From positions 558,001 through 622,000 of the forward strand of contig JAQGDQ010000065.1 of assembly GCA_030141605.1 (NCBI GenBank): a stretch of DNA of 64,000 nucleotides. Direction: 5' to 3'. The notes beneath the pieces were generated by a model. That model ran no database searches and was not told where the DNA came from. It saw only the letters and a program-made list of their open reading frames with translations. The stretch is from Tubiluchus corallicola (Eukaryota > Animalia > Priapulida). A program made the position numbers and the translations under genes. Positions 27,491 through 40,119 of this stretch are shown here, piece after piece. Numbering within the stretch: the stretch's first letter is position 1; each line of letters opens with the position of its first letter.

Positions 27491-27671
27491 GATTGAGCAA
27501 TTAAAATGGCAACTGGAATCTTTCTGTAAAAATATATCACGGGTTTTCTGGGGAAAAAAACTTTATATCCATACTAATAACCATGCATGGTGCAGATGGC
27601 CCTTCCAATAAGCTTTTTGACTGAACAGGCCTCTCTTATGGAGCTGTGAAAGAGCAAGTTGTCGCGGTATT

Positions 27672-27922
27672 TTACACGATTTTCAAACGTGGACTGAAAT
27701 TAGTGAATCAGAAAAATGAATTCAATATTTGATACTTTTACAACAGATAATTTCATCAAAATCTTACTTCTGTGCCCTCTTTTCGTGTTCGGCCACCAAT
27801 GAATCAGCATCTCTACCAGCACTAACTACAGAAAATAGTAGTAGTAATGACACGGCCGTAGCAACGATGATACGCACCAGTTCTGATGTTGTTTTCGCTA
27901 GCTTCCTAGTGAGTATCATCAT
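27672..27922 (-). CDS. Candidate 58-aa secreted prepropeptide (coding exons 27768-27922 and 27672-27693)
   Basis: ATG immediately follows a ctaactttttacag acceptor. Hydrophobic stretch IIVATAVSLLLLFSVVSA, acidic spacer and a KR site. 74-nt GTAAG...ctaatttcag intron. No homolog recognised. Confidence 0.3.
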
Positions 27923-28799
27923 CTGTAAAAAGTTAGTTCTCATGTTATTAAGTAAACAAGCTACAGTCATGAAATTTGTTTTGTGTGTACCTTGAATAAT
28001 AAGTAACACAACGGCGTAGTATGCGGTTATTTAGACCTGCTTATTCTGCTTAAACTACTTTGATTGAATCATTTTTACAGTATTCTCGTATAAATGCCTG
28101 GTATTGTTTCTCTTTGACGGTCTATGCAGTCGTGTGAACGTTAGGTGTTTTGTTCTCCTAATGTTATATGAAACAAGATTAATGTTATTTTCCTTTATAA
28201 GATAATAATGTTTTTTCCTTGGAGTAATATTAATCCTTTGCTGTTGTTTGATAATGTCTGAAATCTTTGATTGACTTGTTTGTTTATTATTATGTGGGCA
28301 GGAAACTTAATACCAAACAAACCAAAATTTTATAAAATGAATTTTTTTCAACCTGTCCACTTTTCCTTCACTAATCAGCTTTTTAAATAAATCTTACAGG
28401 AATTTTTTCTCGTTTCGACCGACAAAACTTCATGTTAAAGTTTACTATTGCTTGTATTTTGAATTACATATATAAGGTGTACCAAAATCTTTTCAGTGTC
28501 TAGGGCCTCTTGAGCCCTTAATCAGGCCCTGTTAAATAATTGTGAATTTTAAAAAACGGTTACAAATACTCAAAATTGATTTGATTTGATTTGATTTATT
28601 AAATATGAATATTCATAATTCAGTTTTCATAATTCATATTAACTAAACTGCTGTTTATGACTAAGTCGTAAACATAAGATTTTACAATATAACCAAAACT
28701 GCAAGTGCCGGCTGTGGAAAATCCTTGCCAACTTAATCTTTGTCTCAAAATCATAATTTTTTCCCTATTGCTCAATTTGCCATGCTTGATTACCTAGAA

Positions 28800-29620
28800 A
28801 ATGCATTTTGCCGGAATTAAAATTGGAACTTGTCACTTTTGGAAAAGTGACTGATTGGAAAATCCCTGAGATAACCCATGAAACATTAAAAAACAAACTA
28901 GTCTTAAGCAGAGACAGAGAGCCAACGGCATTATCTGAGACAACGGCTGCCATTGCAGATGAACATTCCAATGCAGATCATAATGATTTTCCACAGCCTA
29001 CTCTATTTGAAGTGTGTTGATTCAAAGACCTACTCGATACTTCGTGAGACTAACCAAGGCATATCGATTTGTTAGGAAATGCAAACATCTCAGCACGGAG
29101 ACTGATCAGCTGCAAGTTAAAGAGATAAAGTATGCAAGAATGCTCTATGTTAAAACAAACGCATCAAAAGCAAAAGTTCGAGTGTGTTTATATACATGTG
29201 TTACACAACAAGAGCAGTACATTTGGAACTGGTAAAAGACTTCTCTGCAGAACAGTTCTTACTTTGCCTCAGCCGATTTATTGCAAGAAGAGGAAAACCC
29301 GTAATGATTGCATCCGATAATATTGGTCTTACCAATTTTAAACTTACCAAACCTACTTGACAAAGCATTGAATTCGACAGTTTCTGATTCAGATGTAAAA
29401 TATTACCTGGAAAAAAGCCAACAGGGAGTAACCTAGAAATTCACTATAGAGTCTCCTCCCTGGATGGACGGCTATTATGAGCGTCATGTGGGATTAATCA
29501 AGCAATCCGAAGAATATGCCTTGCAAGTGTACAGCTTGCTACAATATTATCTGAAACTGAGGCCATGTTGAATTCAAGACCTATTGTATATGTCGGTGAA
29601 GATTTTGATTCGGCATTTGC
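28800..29620 (+). mobile_element. BEL/Pao LTR retrotransposon remnant, heavily internally deleted
   Basis: Collinear motifs: Gag LPELKLELVTFGKVTDW; RNase H C-terminal FVRLTKAYRFVRKC; integrase CLYTCV/TRAVHLELVKDFSAEQFLLCLSRFIARRGKP...SDN, PPWMDGYYERHVG and EAMLNSRPIVYV. Confidence 0.88.
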
Positions 29621-30387
29621 ATCCTGATTGGATTCTGGATTCTAGAATTCCTGTTCACCTTTTGGTTTGAATTTAAAGTGTGGTGTGACAGTTTTCCACC
29701 TGCATGGCTATGACGATTCCAACTACCAGCCGATGTTTTCAGTACACTTGAGTCCATTCTCTGGCTTCTAGTAACTAGCAGTGTCCTGAAATTCATTGTC
29801 GGGCTGAATTGGTGACTTCACAACTGGCAAATTTTCTGGGGCAAATCATCTGTTGGCAAATTGTCCAGGGGCAAAATACGTTTATCAGCTGCCTTTTGTT
29901 GCTACGCTTTTTCTTTTGGTTTCTTGTGGGGGGGGGGTCATGTTGTAAAAAGCTTTTACCATAACAAGCAAACAAAGCAACTAAAACAATCACAACAAGC
30001 AAAGTCAACGTAACATATCGGAAAAAGTGAGATAAAACTGCGAGTTCTGCCTACTTTGAGGCTTTGCAAAAGCAGTGAATTTATAATACTACAGCTTTAG
30101 ACTACAGCAATATACTAACGCAAATATGCATTTCGTGATATACCTGTAAACAAATTCAAATCACAGGTGCGGTCAAGATCACGCTATACATACAAACAAG
30201 TGCAACTATTAGTTATCACTAGAAATCTGTTAAATATTTCTATTCGCATTCTGACTAATATTAAATTTCACGACAGGGAGAAGACAAACATGTTGCAGAG
30301 AAATAAAAAAATAAAAATTTATTTGGTAAATAGAGCCAGTTTAAAATTAATTTATCAACAGGCATTATCTCTTAACTTTGTCTTCAC

Positions 30388-31585
30388 GTAATAGTAATAG
30401 TAGTAGAAATTCATTGACATTACTCCAGCAAACAATTCAGAACAAAATAATAATAATAACAATAAATATCACTCTACATACATCCTTACGTTTATACTAT
30501 ACAATAGCATTGTAGCGAGATTGTCATGGGAATTAATTTAGCATATCTGTCATTACTATTGCACATGTTTCCGGCTCTAAATTAAACAGATCGTCTGTAC
30601 TATTAAAAACCATATACTACCATAAACCTGTACTATTTAAGTGTTGGATTGAGAGATACATAAGTTTGAAAACGTGTTTTTGTTAGACTCTTCCTTCTAA
30701 TCACCTCGCGTAAATCTTTTGGGATATAATTAGGGTAAGACTTAAATGGACGACAGAGGCAATCGATATGGGCTCGTCTTCACTGATATAGGGCATCTTC
30801 TTAGATAGCAGTTGTCTCCGCCTTTTCAAAATTAATTCTTTTAAAACAGGCATATCTGCTTCTATATAACACAACTCGTTTGCTTAGGAATATTTTACTC
30901 CCAGTAGTGCTTTCACAACTTTGTTGTATAATACCTCGAGTGCGTTAACCAAGTTCCTGCTGCGTAAGTCAGCACACTTGTAACGCAAGCCTCTGCCACA
31001 GTTTTCTTCAGTGTAAATGGCATATTATAGTTATAGTTGATGAACGATGTAAATTTCAACAATTTCTTGCTATCATCTCCTTGCACGATGAGATTTCTCT
31101 CTCTTTCCTTTGCATCCATTAGATTCATAAAACGCTGTTGCTCGTTGAGAATCTCACTATGCTTATCAATAGTCTTGATAGTTTCACCCAAACGCTGCTT
31201 CAATTCTGCATTCTCTGCTTGCAAATCTGATATAACGTTTAGTCTCAACTCCATGCATGCGATGATTTCATTTTTCATAGCAGTCGTCAGATCCGGAATG
31301 TTCCCCGTTGCGATTCTGTCTTCGTCTCTCGTCCCATTGTCGTCGTTCAGCGCATTACGCATCACCAGTGCTATTCTAGTTTTACTGCATATCTTTCTAT
31401 TTACAGGTCTGTTTCACTCTTTGACTTACATGCAAATACACAATTATTAGTGATTTTCATATACTGTTGGCTTTGCATATAAAGCTGGTTGCTGTTTGTG
31501 TGCTCTACCACACTGAAAATGACACTGCAGTCAAAACGTTTAGCATTATTTTATATTTTAAAATTTTTAATAAGAGCTGCTCCTT
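30388..31585 (-). mobile_element. Internally deleted LINE (5' UTR, ORF1 N-terminus fused to ORF2 C-terminus, 3' tail)
   Basis: ORF 30913-31365 has a coiled coil + ERERNLIVQG (ORF1) joined to LKKTVAEACVTSVLTYAAGTW (post-RT ORF2), then NELCYIEADMP in another frame. The 3' UTR and (CTA/TTA)n tail are shared with the copy at 3840-4193. Confidence 0.8.
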
Positions 31586-32279
31586 TAAATAATCGTATAT
31601 ATTACTCGTCTTGAAATAAGAGCAGCGAAAATCATAATAGCAGTCACCATACATATATCGACTGCAAATAAGTTAATGTAGAGTTATATCCGTGCTTGTA
31701 CATTAAGCGGTTACAAACCACAGAGAACTCCTCAAAATCCAGCGAAAATTTCAAAAAAAGCATGCAACTCATAAATCCAGATTGGCAGATTAACCCAATT
31801 ACAGACTCCCAAACCACGAACAGATTGCAACAAGGCATTGCTGGTTTTTTGGTTTTTGACTATGTACTTGACTATGATTATTTTATGTTGAATTAATTTT
31901 ACCAAATGATAGTCTTGTTTTTATGTTTAGATTGCATATCATTTATATGAATGTGTGTAAATTAACTTCACACTTGTGTAAAATTGTCTATTTTATTTGT
32001 ATGTAATTTATGTAAATACATATATTAATTTTGTGCGTGCATAACTTATTTATTTTACTTATAACTTTTTAAGTAGACCAAAGAGTCCCAACAATATTAG
32101 TTTAATTTAAAACGAGTATGATAGTATGGTATACTATGAAGTTTTATAGTAAATAACTGTGCATATGTTTTATTCACTATCAGTAATATAGTTATCTAAC
32201 ATTTGACATATGCAACTTTTTAACTTATAACAACCATGAACAATTATATAAATAATGGCTTTTAAAACCCGGTTGGCTT

Positions 32280-33110
32280 CAATATGGCGGCTAGTGAGTA
32301 TTGTTGTTCGTGAGCTGAGCAATAAATTGCGTGTACATGGCGCACTTTGTGATTTGTTTAGGAGATTTTTGTTTCATGAATGTTTAACATGGTATATGCT
32401 GTCTGGTGATATGTGAGATGAAATTTTTGTCGTTAGAATTCGTCGGATAAAAAAGTTTCTAAACCCTGTACTGGTGGGCTAACGTTCTTGGATACAGCTG
32501 ATATACAGTTAAGTCACGTTGCCTGATTTTTTCACAAGTACAATTACAAAGGCCGTCAAAACTATAATTTAATATTATTTGTTATTTATTAGGCACATGA
32601 GATAAATACAGAAGTAAAAAGTAAACAGTAAAATTTTATAGCTATAGTCAATATGAAGGTTGTGCCTACCACTGTGTGCCATGGATGACAGCAAGGAACT
32701 AAATTCTCAAACAGATCGCTGCTTGTCATCGATGAAATAGTCTATTTTGAATTGTTGCGAGACATTTTTTCTCCCACACCTATGTACAAAGTCTGATGCT
32801 GAGCTCCACGAAAACGTTAATGAATCTGATCTAACTGGGGAGCGGATTCAAACGTAAACACTCGCAATTATCAAGCGTGAGTTCTCAGGGGAGCCCGATT
32901 AGTAGAAGTACGAAGCATTTTTTCGGACTTAGCATTGACGAACTGAAGGAAATTATAAGGACGGAGGTTAAGAATGCAATACACGACGAATTAAATAATT
33001 TCGTCAATAGCGAGAGATTTAACGAGTATCTTGAATCTAGATTAGATGACGCTAAATCTTACACTGACGCAAGAACTTCGACACCAATAGCGAGATTTTG
33101 AAAATCCACA
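32280..33110 (+). mobile_element. Possible LINE 5' UTR and ORF1 fragment
   Basis: AATATGGCGG start-like motif. Helical ORF LSIDELKEIIRTEVKNAI...YLESRL resembles ORF1 coiled-coil regions. It lies upstream of a LINE ORF2 3' part on the same strand. Confidence 0.4.
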
Positions 33111-33659
33111 CAGAACAACTCCAAGAATATGTCATTCGTATTGCCAAATCTGATTCAGTTGCCAAATTGCCAAAATTGCACGAAACCCGATATAGAGTCA
33201 CGTGTGCCCACTTCTTGCACAAAGTGCACTTCGATCGATAATTTTCAAAAATTTGGTTCTATTTTATTTAAATCTCAGAAAAATGGTGTTTTCCTCATCA
33301 TTATTGTTATTACTTTTTTTCAAAATGAATGTCTAATATGTAAAAAAGGCAAAGAAGTCATGCAACTAAGAGTTCTTGAAAATAGGCATTCAATTATTAC
33401 TGGATAACTGCCGATATAATCTACGATTACGAAAAAGTTTGAGAACATGGAATTTCTACAATCAAAATTTTGTGATATCTGGGCTTCAATATCCTAAAAC
33501 ATTAAGCCGTGTTGAAAAAGTGAAGCATTGTACTTGATTCCTAGCTTAGCTGGAACCAACATGTTGAGTACATAATTAAGCCAATTAAATAATTCACCCA
33601 TTTGTCCTGCTGAAACACAAAATTAATTCCTTCCGCTTTGGTGTTTTAAATAAGATCTT

Positions 33660-34775
33660 TAGAATACCATATTGCTAGAATATGGAATCGTAATATGGGG
33701 CAATTGTTCAACTAACAATTTTACTAAAATTGAAACGGTTCAGTATAAAATAATTCTATGTAATGCAAGAGCTATGAAAGGTACGAGTCAGCGCAATCTT
33801 AACCTGTTGCTAGGTCATCCATCACTCAAAGAAAGGAGTGAATTACTTACGGTATCTATTTTGCAAAAATATATTATCATAACGCCCTCAATACTTATGT
33901 ACCATTTTAGAAAAGTATCGTTCTATCAGACATTACTCGAGGGGTGATCCGTACCTTTTAAAACCTACTGCTCAATTATATAACAGTCTTTTCTAAAGAG
34001 CAATTAGGCTTTGGAATAAGCTAAGTATTGAATCAAGGCAAACGTGTATTAGTAAAACTGTTTTTAAACGCCTTGTTTCTAAGGAGTGGGAACATCCTAT
34101 AATAAATATCTGTGTAAAAAAGGAATGAAGACAGAAAACATGAAATGTTAACAAATAGATTTATTTTGAAATTTACACAGTTGAATTCTGACTTGTTTAC
34201 TCGCAATCTAACACATAGTCCAATATGTTCTTGTAATACATCCGTTGAAAATTATGTACATTACTTTTTTGAACGTACACATTATGCAAATGAGCGCAAT
34301 AATTTCCTAAATGAAATACTTTGTAACAATTTCGTTAGTCACGAGCAAATTGTAAATTTTAGTCATAAATCTATGTCTGATTCAATGATGAATTTTTTGA
34401 ACTTTTACAATAATGAGGTTCTATTTACAATAGTTCAAGATTTTATAAAATCAACCAAAAGGTTCAAGTAAAAATAAATATTGAGTAAGAATAAATAAAC
34501 AAGAATATTGCTAAATGAAAACAACATTGCTATTGTTCTTGCAGATTAGAACTTGTACTTATTTTGACGTGAATCCATGTATTGTTTAATTTAGATGATT
34601 TGCTGCATTGTTTAATGCCCGATCATATATATTATGCAAAACTGATATATGGGCCTAATTTATATTACTTGCTTGAAAATCTTATCGATGTTATATTAGC
34701 ACTGATGTTTTAATGCACTGACTCACTTGCACCTGCACTGTGGAGAGACTTGAATCAGGTACTAGTATTTTGTTA
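33660..34775 (+). mobile_element. CR1/L2-group LINE ORF2 C-terminus and 3' UTR
   Basis: Translates to PLLEYGIVIWGNCS...KIETVQ...PSLKERS, AIRLWNKL and LNSDLFTRNLTHSPICSCNTSVENYVHYFFE (Zn-knuckle). Confidence 0.85.
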
Positions 34776-35104
34776 ATTGAAATCTTAATTATATATATAT
34801 ATATATATATATAATCAAGATTTCAATATATATATATATATATATATATAAGTATTTGTTGTATCCATTTAAATTCTTATTCTTAGAAATTATAATTATT
34901 TTATATTTGTTTAACAAACTTTTACCTTTCTGTACCAGTTAGATCCTTCTAATTAAAAACGGCAAAGAATGCTCTGCTTTGCGAACAACCAAAAATTGAA
35001 CTGTGGCATGCTTCAGTCTCAGTCAAACTTTCTCTTGCCTGCCAAGGAATGCGACGCATCTTCTTGCGCAGTTGCTCAGCCCAAGTATCTACAGATATTA
35101 ACTG

Positions 35105-35360
35105 CAGGTAGTCGGCGTTATTACAGCTGATAATGTAATAAATGCCCGATATTGTACTACAGAAAAAAATTAGCGCATAATGTAATAAAAATCAACGCCT
35201 AATGTAATAACTAACAAATAATGTAATAAAAAACTAAATTAACGCATAACGCAAAACACCGAAAACGCATAATGTAATAACCTGAAGTTTAACGCATATT
35301 GTAACTCCACAAAAACGCGTAATGTAATAACAAAAATTTAAACCGATAATTTATAACATG
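35105..35360 (+). repeat. Degenerate tandem repeat of CGCATAATGTAATAA, probable DNA-transposon terminal array
   Basis: About 8 irregularly spaced copies of (gca)taatgtaataa. Confidence 0.65.
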
Positions 35361-35509
35361 TTCAAAATAATTAGCTGAACCAATGTTAGTTGGTAGTAGA
35401 GGTGTAGTGATGTAGTAATAAGCTATTGTAGTTTTCAATATTTTAGAGCATTCTTTATTCTGAACCCGTGTTTACACAATCATCCGGTTTTTCTTTAAAG
35501 GTAAAATAA

Positions 35510-36050
35510 TAGAAACTTATTGCTCTGCTTATTATGGCTGCCAGTCTTGGCGATTAGATACAAAGAGTCTAGATCAATTAAATACAGCTTGGAATATTGG
35601 AAATGGGAATTTTTTTCTTTACCATGGCGCACACATAGTAATTTATTTAAGCTTTCCGTTGTGGCATGTTTCTGTTCGAATTGTAAACTTCATAGGTCAA
35701 TGTCTTTTGTCATTGAGTGTATCTGTGCAGTATCTTTGTAAAATCGTTAACAAAGATGTCAGAAACACAACTGGGTTGAACTTAAAATATTTAAGCAGTT
35801 CACTAGGGATTACTAATATATATATTAATAGTGCAAACAGAGAAACCACAATTAACAGCAATGTTAGCGAAGGTTGGAGTACTTGGAGTACGTTGGGCTT
35901 GACAATAGCCAGTTAGCTATATTAATAGGCTATCTTGCAACAGTGTAAAGTCATTACTGATATGGTCTTGTATATAGGCCTAGTGTGCAAATATTATATA
36001 GTGTGCATATTTATTTAATGAATTGTACGAAATAAAGATTATATATATAT
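35510..36050 (+). mobile_element. LINE 3' fragment
   Basis: Translates to WK...SLPWRTHSNL and RNTTGLNLKYL, typical ORF2 C-terminal motifs also seen at 48700-48950. AATAAA is followed by (TA)n. Confidence 0.6.
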
Positions 36051-36191
36051 AAGCATAATCTAAAAACAAAGGTATGTGATTAACAGATTTGAAGAATAAA
36101 AAAGTGTCATATACGTAACGTCTATGTGGCGTACTGGTGTGACGATGTTGTCTAATTTTCGCTATTACAGATGGGTGGTTCGTGACCTAAG

Positions 36192-37053
36192 TGTAACCCT
36201 TAGGTAAAAAATGAAACACTTAGTCGAAAACACTGAGAAAAACCACTGAATTAATAAAATAATGTAACAATTTAATGAATATCTCGAAATACATTGCAAG
36301 GCAACAATTAATAACAGAGATTAAACCGGCTAAGGTAAAAAAAGAACAACGTAACGTTTTTCACACAGGCCTGTCTCAGGATCACCAAGCGACTTTCCTC
36401 CTGCTTCCATCCAACGTCATCTCTCTGACTCCTCACCTGTGGGCTTCGTCGGGAAATGGTGCACCATAGAACGGTTGACTACACTACCTCTTCATGCATC
36501 CGATTACGTGAACGACGTCTCCAAACTTTGACGACTCCTGATGACGTCTTCGCCGCCACTTATATGACGCCAAAAATAGAATAGCATTCGCACTCCTGTA
36601 CTCGTCACAAGATAAGGATCACCAATTTCGTAATCACAGCATGGAATCACCAACGGCAGTATCATCAACGTCAGGAAAATACAGGTAAGTATCATCAGCA
36701 GCAGATATCATCGACAATTGGTAAGTATAATCTTTAACAGGTTATGTATCATTAGCGTCAGGAAAATATAATCAGCAACAGGTAAGAATCATCACTGGCA
36801 TGCAGGTATCAATCATCTATGTCATAACTATGTGTCGTAAGACAGATTGCTTCTCTGCAAGCAAGCACCGTTACTACTAAACCACCATTTTATGACATGA
36901 GAACGTCCGCTTAACTCGACAACTTAAAGCGGAATATCTGGGCGAACTGGACAGCCAAATTTCGTCTACGTGGCTTTAATCGTAATGCATAACGGTAACA
37001 TTGAACGTACAGGTGAAATCTGACTTCAGAACAGGTAGGCTCCTCGCGTTACA
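36192..37053 (-). mobile_element. Probable solo LTR (~860 bp)
   Basis: Inverted termini TGTAAC...GTTACA, internal short CAGGTAAGTATCATCA repeats and no ORF. TSD not evident. Confidence 0.5.
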
Positions 37054-37169
37054 CCGTTAAACAGTTTAACTAAACTTTTTTTATAAAAATTGAAAATAAT
37101 TAATAGTGGAATCATAACAGTTAGGAACTACATGTAGAGTTACATAACCTGGCTTAAAATAAGCCTGAG

Positions 37170-37450
37170 CGTCACAACTGGTTTGAATTCTTTAGGACAA
37201 TTGTTAAGCCATATTTTTTCATAATAACACATAAACACCTGAGCTATCCTAACTCCTTGAATTTGCTCATATAGAGCATTGTTAAACAGAAATGTATGTT
37301 TTTAAAAGAAATTTCCAATAGATGGCATAATTGATTAAGGTTACTAACAAGATCAGTATTGTTAAAGAGAGAACTAAAACAGATATCGCTGGTTTGAGTG
37401 AGAATAAGTGAAATGCTTGTAGAACCAAGTTTTTGAAAATTGTTGATGGC
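37170..37450 (-). mobile_element. Penelope-like element RT fragment
   Basis: Translates to LTQTSDICFSSLF, LLEISFKNIHF/LFNNALYEQIQGV and AQVFMCYYEKIWLNNCPKEFKPV. This matches the PLE RT pattern FxFNxxxYxQxxGVAMG...ANxFMxxxE; the AMGSPL part is deleted. Confidence 0.8.
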
Positions 37451-37840
37451 GTTACACAACTACATTAAATCAAATTCAAAGCAGGTGACAGGCTGAAAGT
37501 AGTTTTATTTTTATCTTTATTTATTAAAAATACATCGGCCTTGTTCTGTAACTACCATGTCAAACTGAAAGCAAACAAGATGGCCATACTGATTTTATAT
37601 CAGGTTATTTCAGTTTCTTTGATGGTTAGTGAACTATCACTACCTGATCAGTGGCTTGACACTCGCAAAGCTGTGATTGTTTCGCTCACTTTCACTCACT
37701 TGGCTTCGTTTTTTAAATACATGTACATACAATTTTAAAGGTGGCCCAACTTACCTGCAGCACCCGTTATTGCTAATTTGCAGGCGACAAAATCACAATG
37801 AATTCGGTAATCTATGTCGTACATGTTAATTTCGGTGGTG

Positions 37841-39419
37841 TATATAACCGACGAGGCTACAGGTCCGACGACGGCACCATTTTCGGCGATATATACATCA
37901 ACCTGGGGGTTTATTTTTCCAATCGGGCCCACACGGAGGAACGGGAGCCGAAAAACCTCCAAAATGGCCATTTTTGCCAATTTTTTGAAAATTATACCTC
38001 TTATTTCTAGAGATCCTGAATGGGCCGCGAGTGGTGCCGCTAGCCCGTTCAATGCTGGGTGTAATAGTCATATTTAGATTTTGCGGGAGGGCCAATAATA
38101 TCCGCTATGGGCATTCTCCCGGACCCAGCCACGCAAATTTTGCTGAAAACTGCTCAAACAACCTCTAGGAAAATTCAATTTGTGCAACTGTTACGGCGGG
38201 TTAAAAAAATAACTCGCAGAAAGATAACGAAACAGTCTACAAAAAGTAGAAGGTTTCACTACAAGTGTCCACTAGACGGAAACGGGAAGCGTGTATTTCA
38301 AAGCTCTTTTTCAACCCCCCTAACCTGCACGCTATTTGGAACATCCGTTGTCTTTAAGCTTGATAAATTTCGCGGCTGTTCCAGGCATTGTTGTCATCCG
38401 CCGTTCGACAGTATTATAGACTTTACATGAAGTTTTATTAGCCTATTATCATCTGAGGAACAACAAGAAAACTATGTAGAATGTCTGTGCACTATTGATC
38501 ATTGGTAGACAGACTAATGGCATTTATTATGGCACACAGTTTGTGCAAAATGTTTTGAATGGTTTCGTTGTGTTGCACTGCTACTGGTGTAGGTCTGTAG
38601 GTGTCGTCATTGTTGTTGTCATCGTCATCATATTCATCAACATCATCATCACCATGTGATGTGTTGGGTGTGGATATTATAGTTATAATTAGAGTCATAC
38701 TAGACTACATATATATATATATATATGTAGTATATGTAGTATATATATATAACTGACGAGGCTACAGCTCCAACAACGGCACCATTTTCGGCGATCTATA
38801 CATCAAACGAAAGGTCCAGACCCACAGATTTGCCATTGGGGTTTTATTTTTCAAATTTGCCCATTTTTCGGCCGTTTTTTGCAAAACTTGTACCTCTTAT
38901 TTCTAGAGATCCGAAATGGGCCTTGGGTAGTGCTGGTAATGGTTGAATAGCCCGTTCAGCGATGAGTGTAATAGTAATATTTAGATTTCACGGGAGGGCC
39001 CGCTACGGGCATTTTCTCGGACGCAACTCTCAATTTTTCGAAATTTTGGCCAAACTGCCTAAGGAAAAAACGTCCTAGTGGCGCTTTGTGGGACTCTTGG
39101 AAGGAGCTCTTTAGAAAGAGGAAGAACTGGGCTACACGAAGGTGTGAGTCACATTTTAGGACACGTCCACCAAGAGGAGTGGCAACGAGTTAATTAGATG
39201 TTCCATTTTTGGCCATTTTGGCACGGAAAACTGCTGACGCAAAGCAATTGTTGTGACGTCATCCATTATACTTTGTGTACAACCTTATAACTTTAATTCA
39301 CTTAATTCACTTAAAGCTGCTGCTGGCTTTGCGTTATAGATGAGGACCATGTGTTGAGGACGTGCATTTTTGATTATAAGTGTATTTACACATAAAATTT
39401 TTTGCGGGGCCTTTGCTAG
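37841..39419 (+). mobile_element. Compound non-autonomous Helitron-like element (two 5' heads, one 3' end)
   Basis: The head tatataac(c/t)gacgaggctacag occurs at ~37841 and again at ~38745. A central module at 38300-38690 is shared with 63090-63455. The 3' end is hairpin + GGGCCTTTG-CTAG then T at 39416-39420. Confidence 0.75.
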
Positions 39420-40119
39420 TCTATATATTAATTTAAGTGGTATATATATATATATATATATATATATCCGGCGCTGGACCCCGGATCCGTTACACTGATG
39501 CACATAAGTGGGATCCGAAATTGCCGCCTGGAATGGATCGACATTATTGGGTTTGGTGAGTGCTGCATTTTGCTTTAGGCGGACAGCTTGTCTGTACTAC
39601 TCGGCGTGTTCTTTGTGTTTTTGTAGACAGTTTCGTGTTTTTACCTTTTTTATGTTGAAGGCAATTGAACGGCCTTGATGATACAGGCAGCATCGGCCTT
39701 AGCTTAAACAGTTCTAGTTTTTATCGAGTTTCCAATGATGCGATAATAGCCGGTATTTAGAAAGAGGCGACGTACAGCCATTTTGTGATTTTGCATGTAT
39801 AGCTAGTCACCGTAGTTTCCGCGTGTTCTGTAATGGCTAGAGATGCCAGAAGGTTGGTAATTGGTATTTTAGTTGGTAGTTTCGTGTTCCAGGGCGTATG
39901 AGCGTTTCAATGGCGGCTTCCATGATTGCTTTCTGTGTTCTGGGATTATATCGCTTTTTCGTGTACCAAGTGAGTAACGTGTAATTTCGTCATGTCCGAC
40001 AGTGACATTAAGTGACAACCGTCTTGTAAGGGTTAATGCCATCCGATCTAGAGGAAAAAACTATCCGCACTATCTTTGGGATCGTGGCAAGGACTTCAGC
40101 TGGATACACTCAATTCATC

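Noticed and set aside
39470-40110. Possible LINE C-terminal remnant on the minus strand (RTQKAIMEAAIETL)
   Set aside because: A single weak motif without RT or endonuclease anchors.
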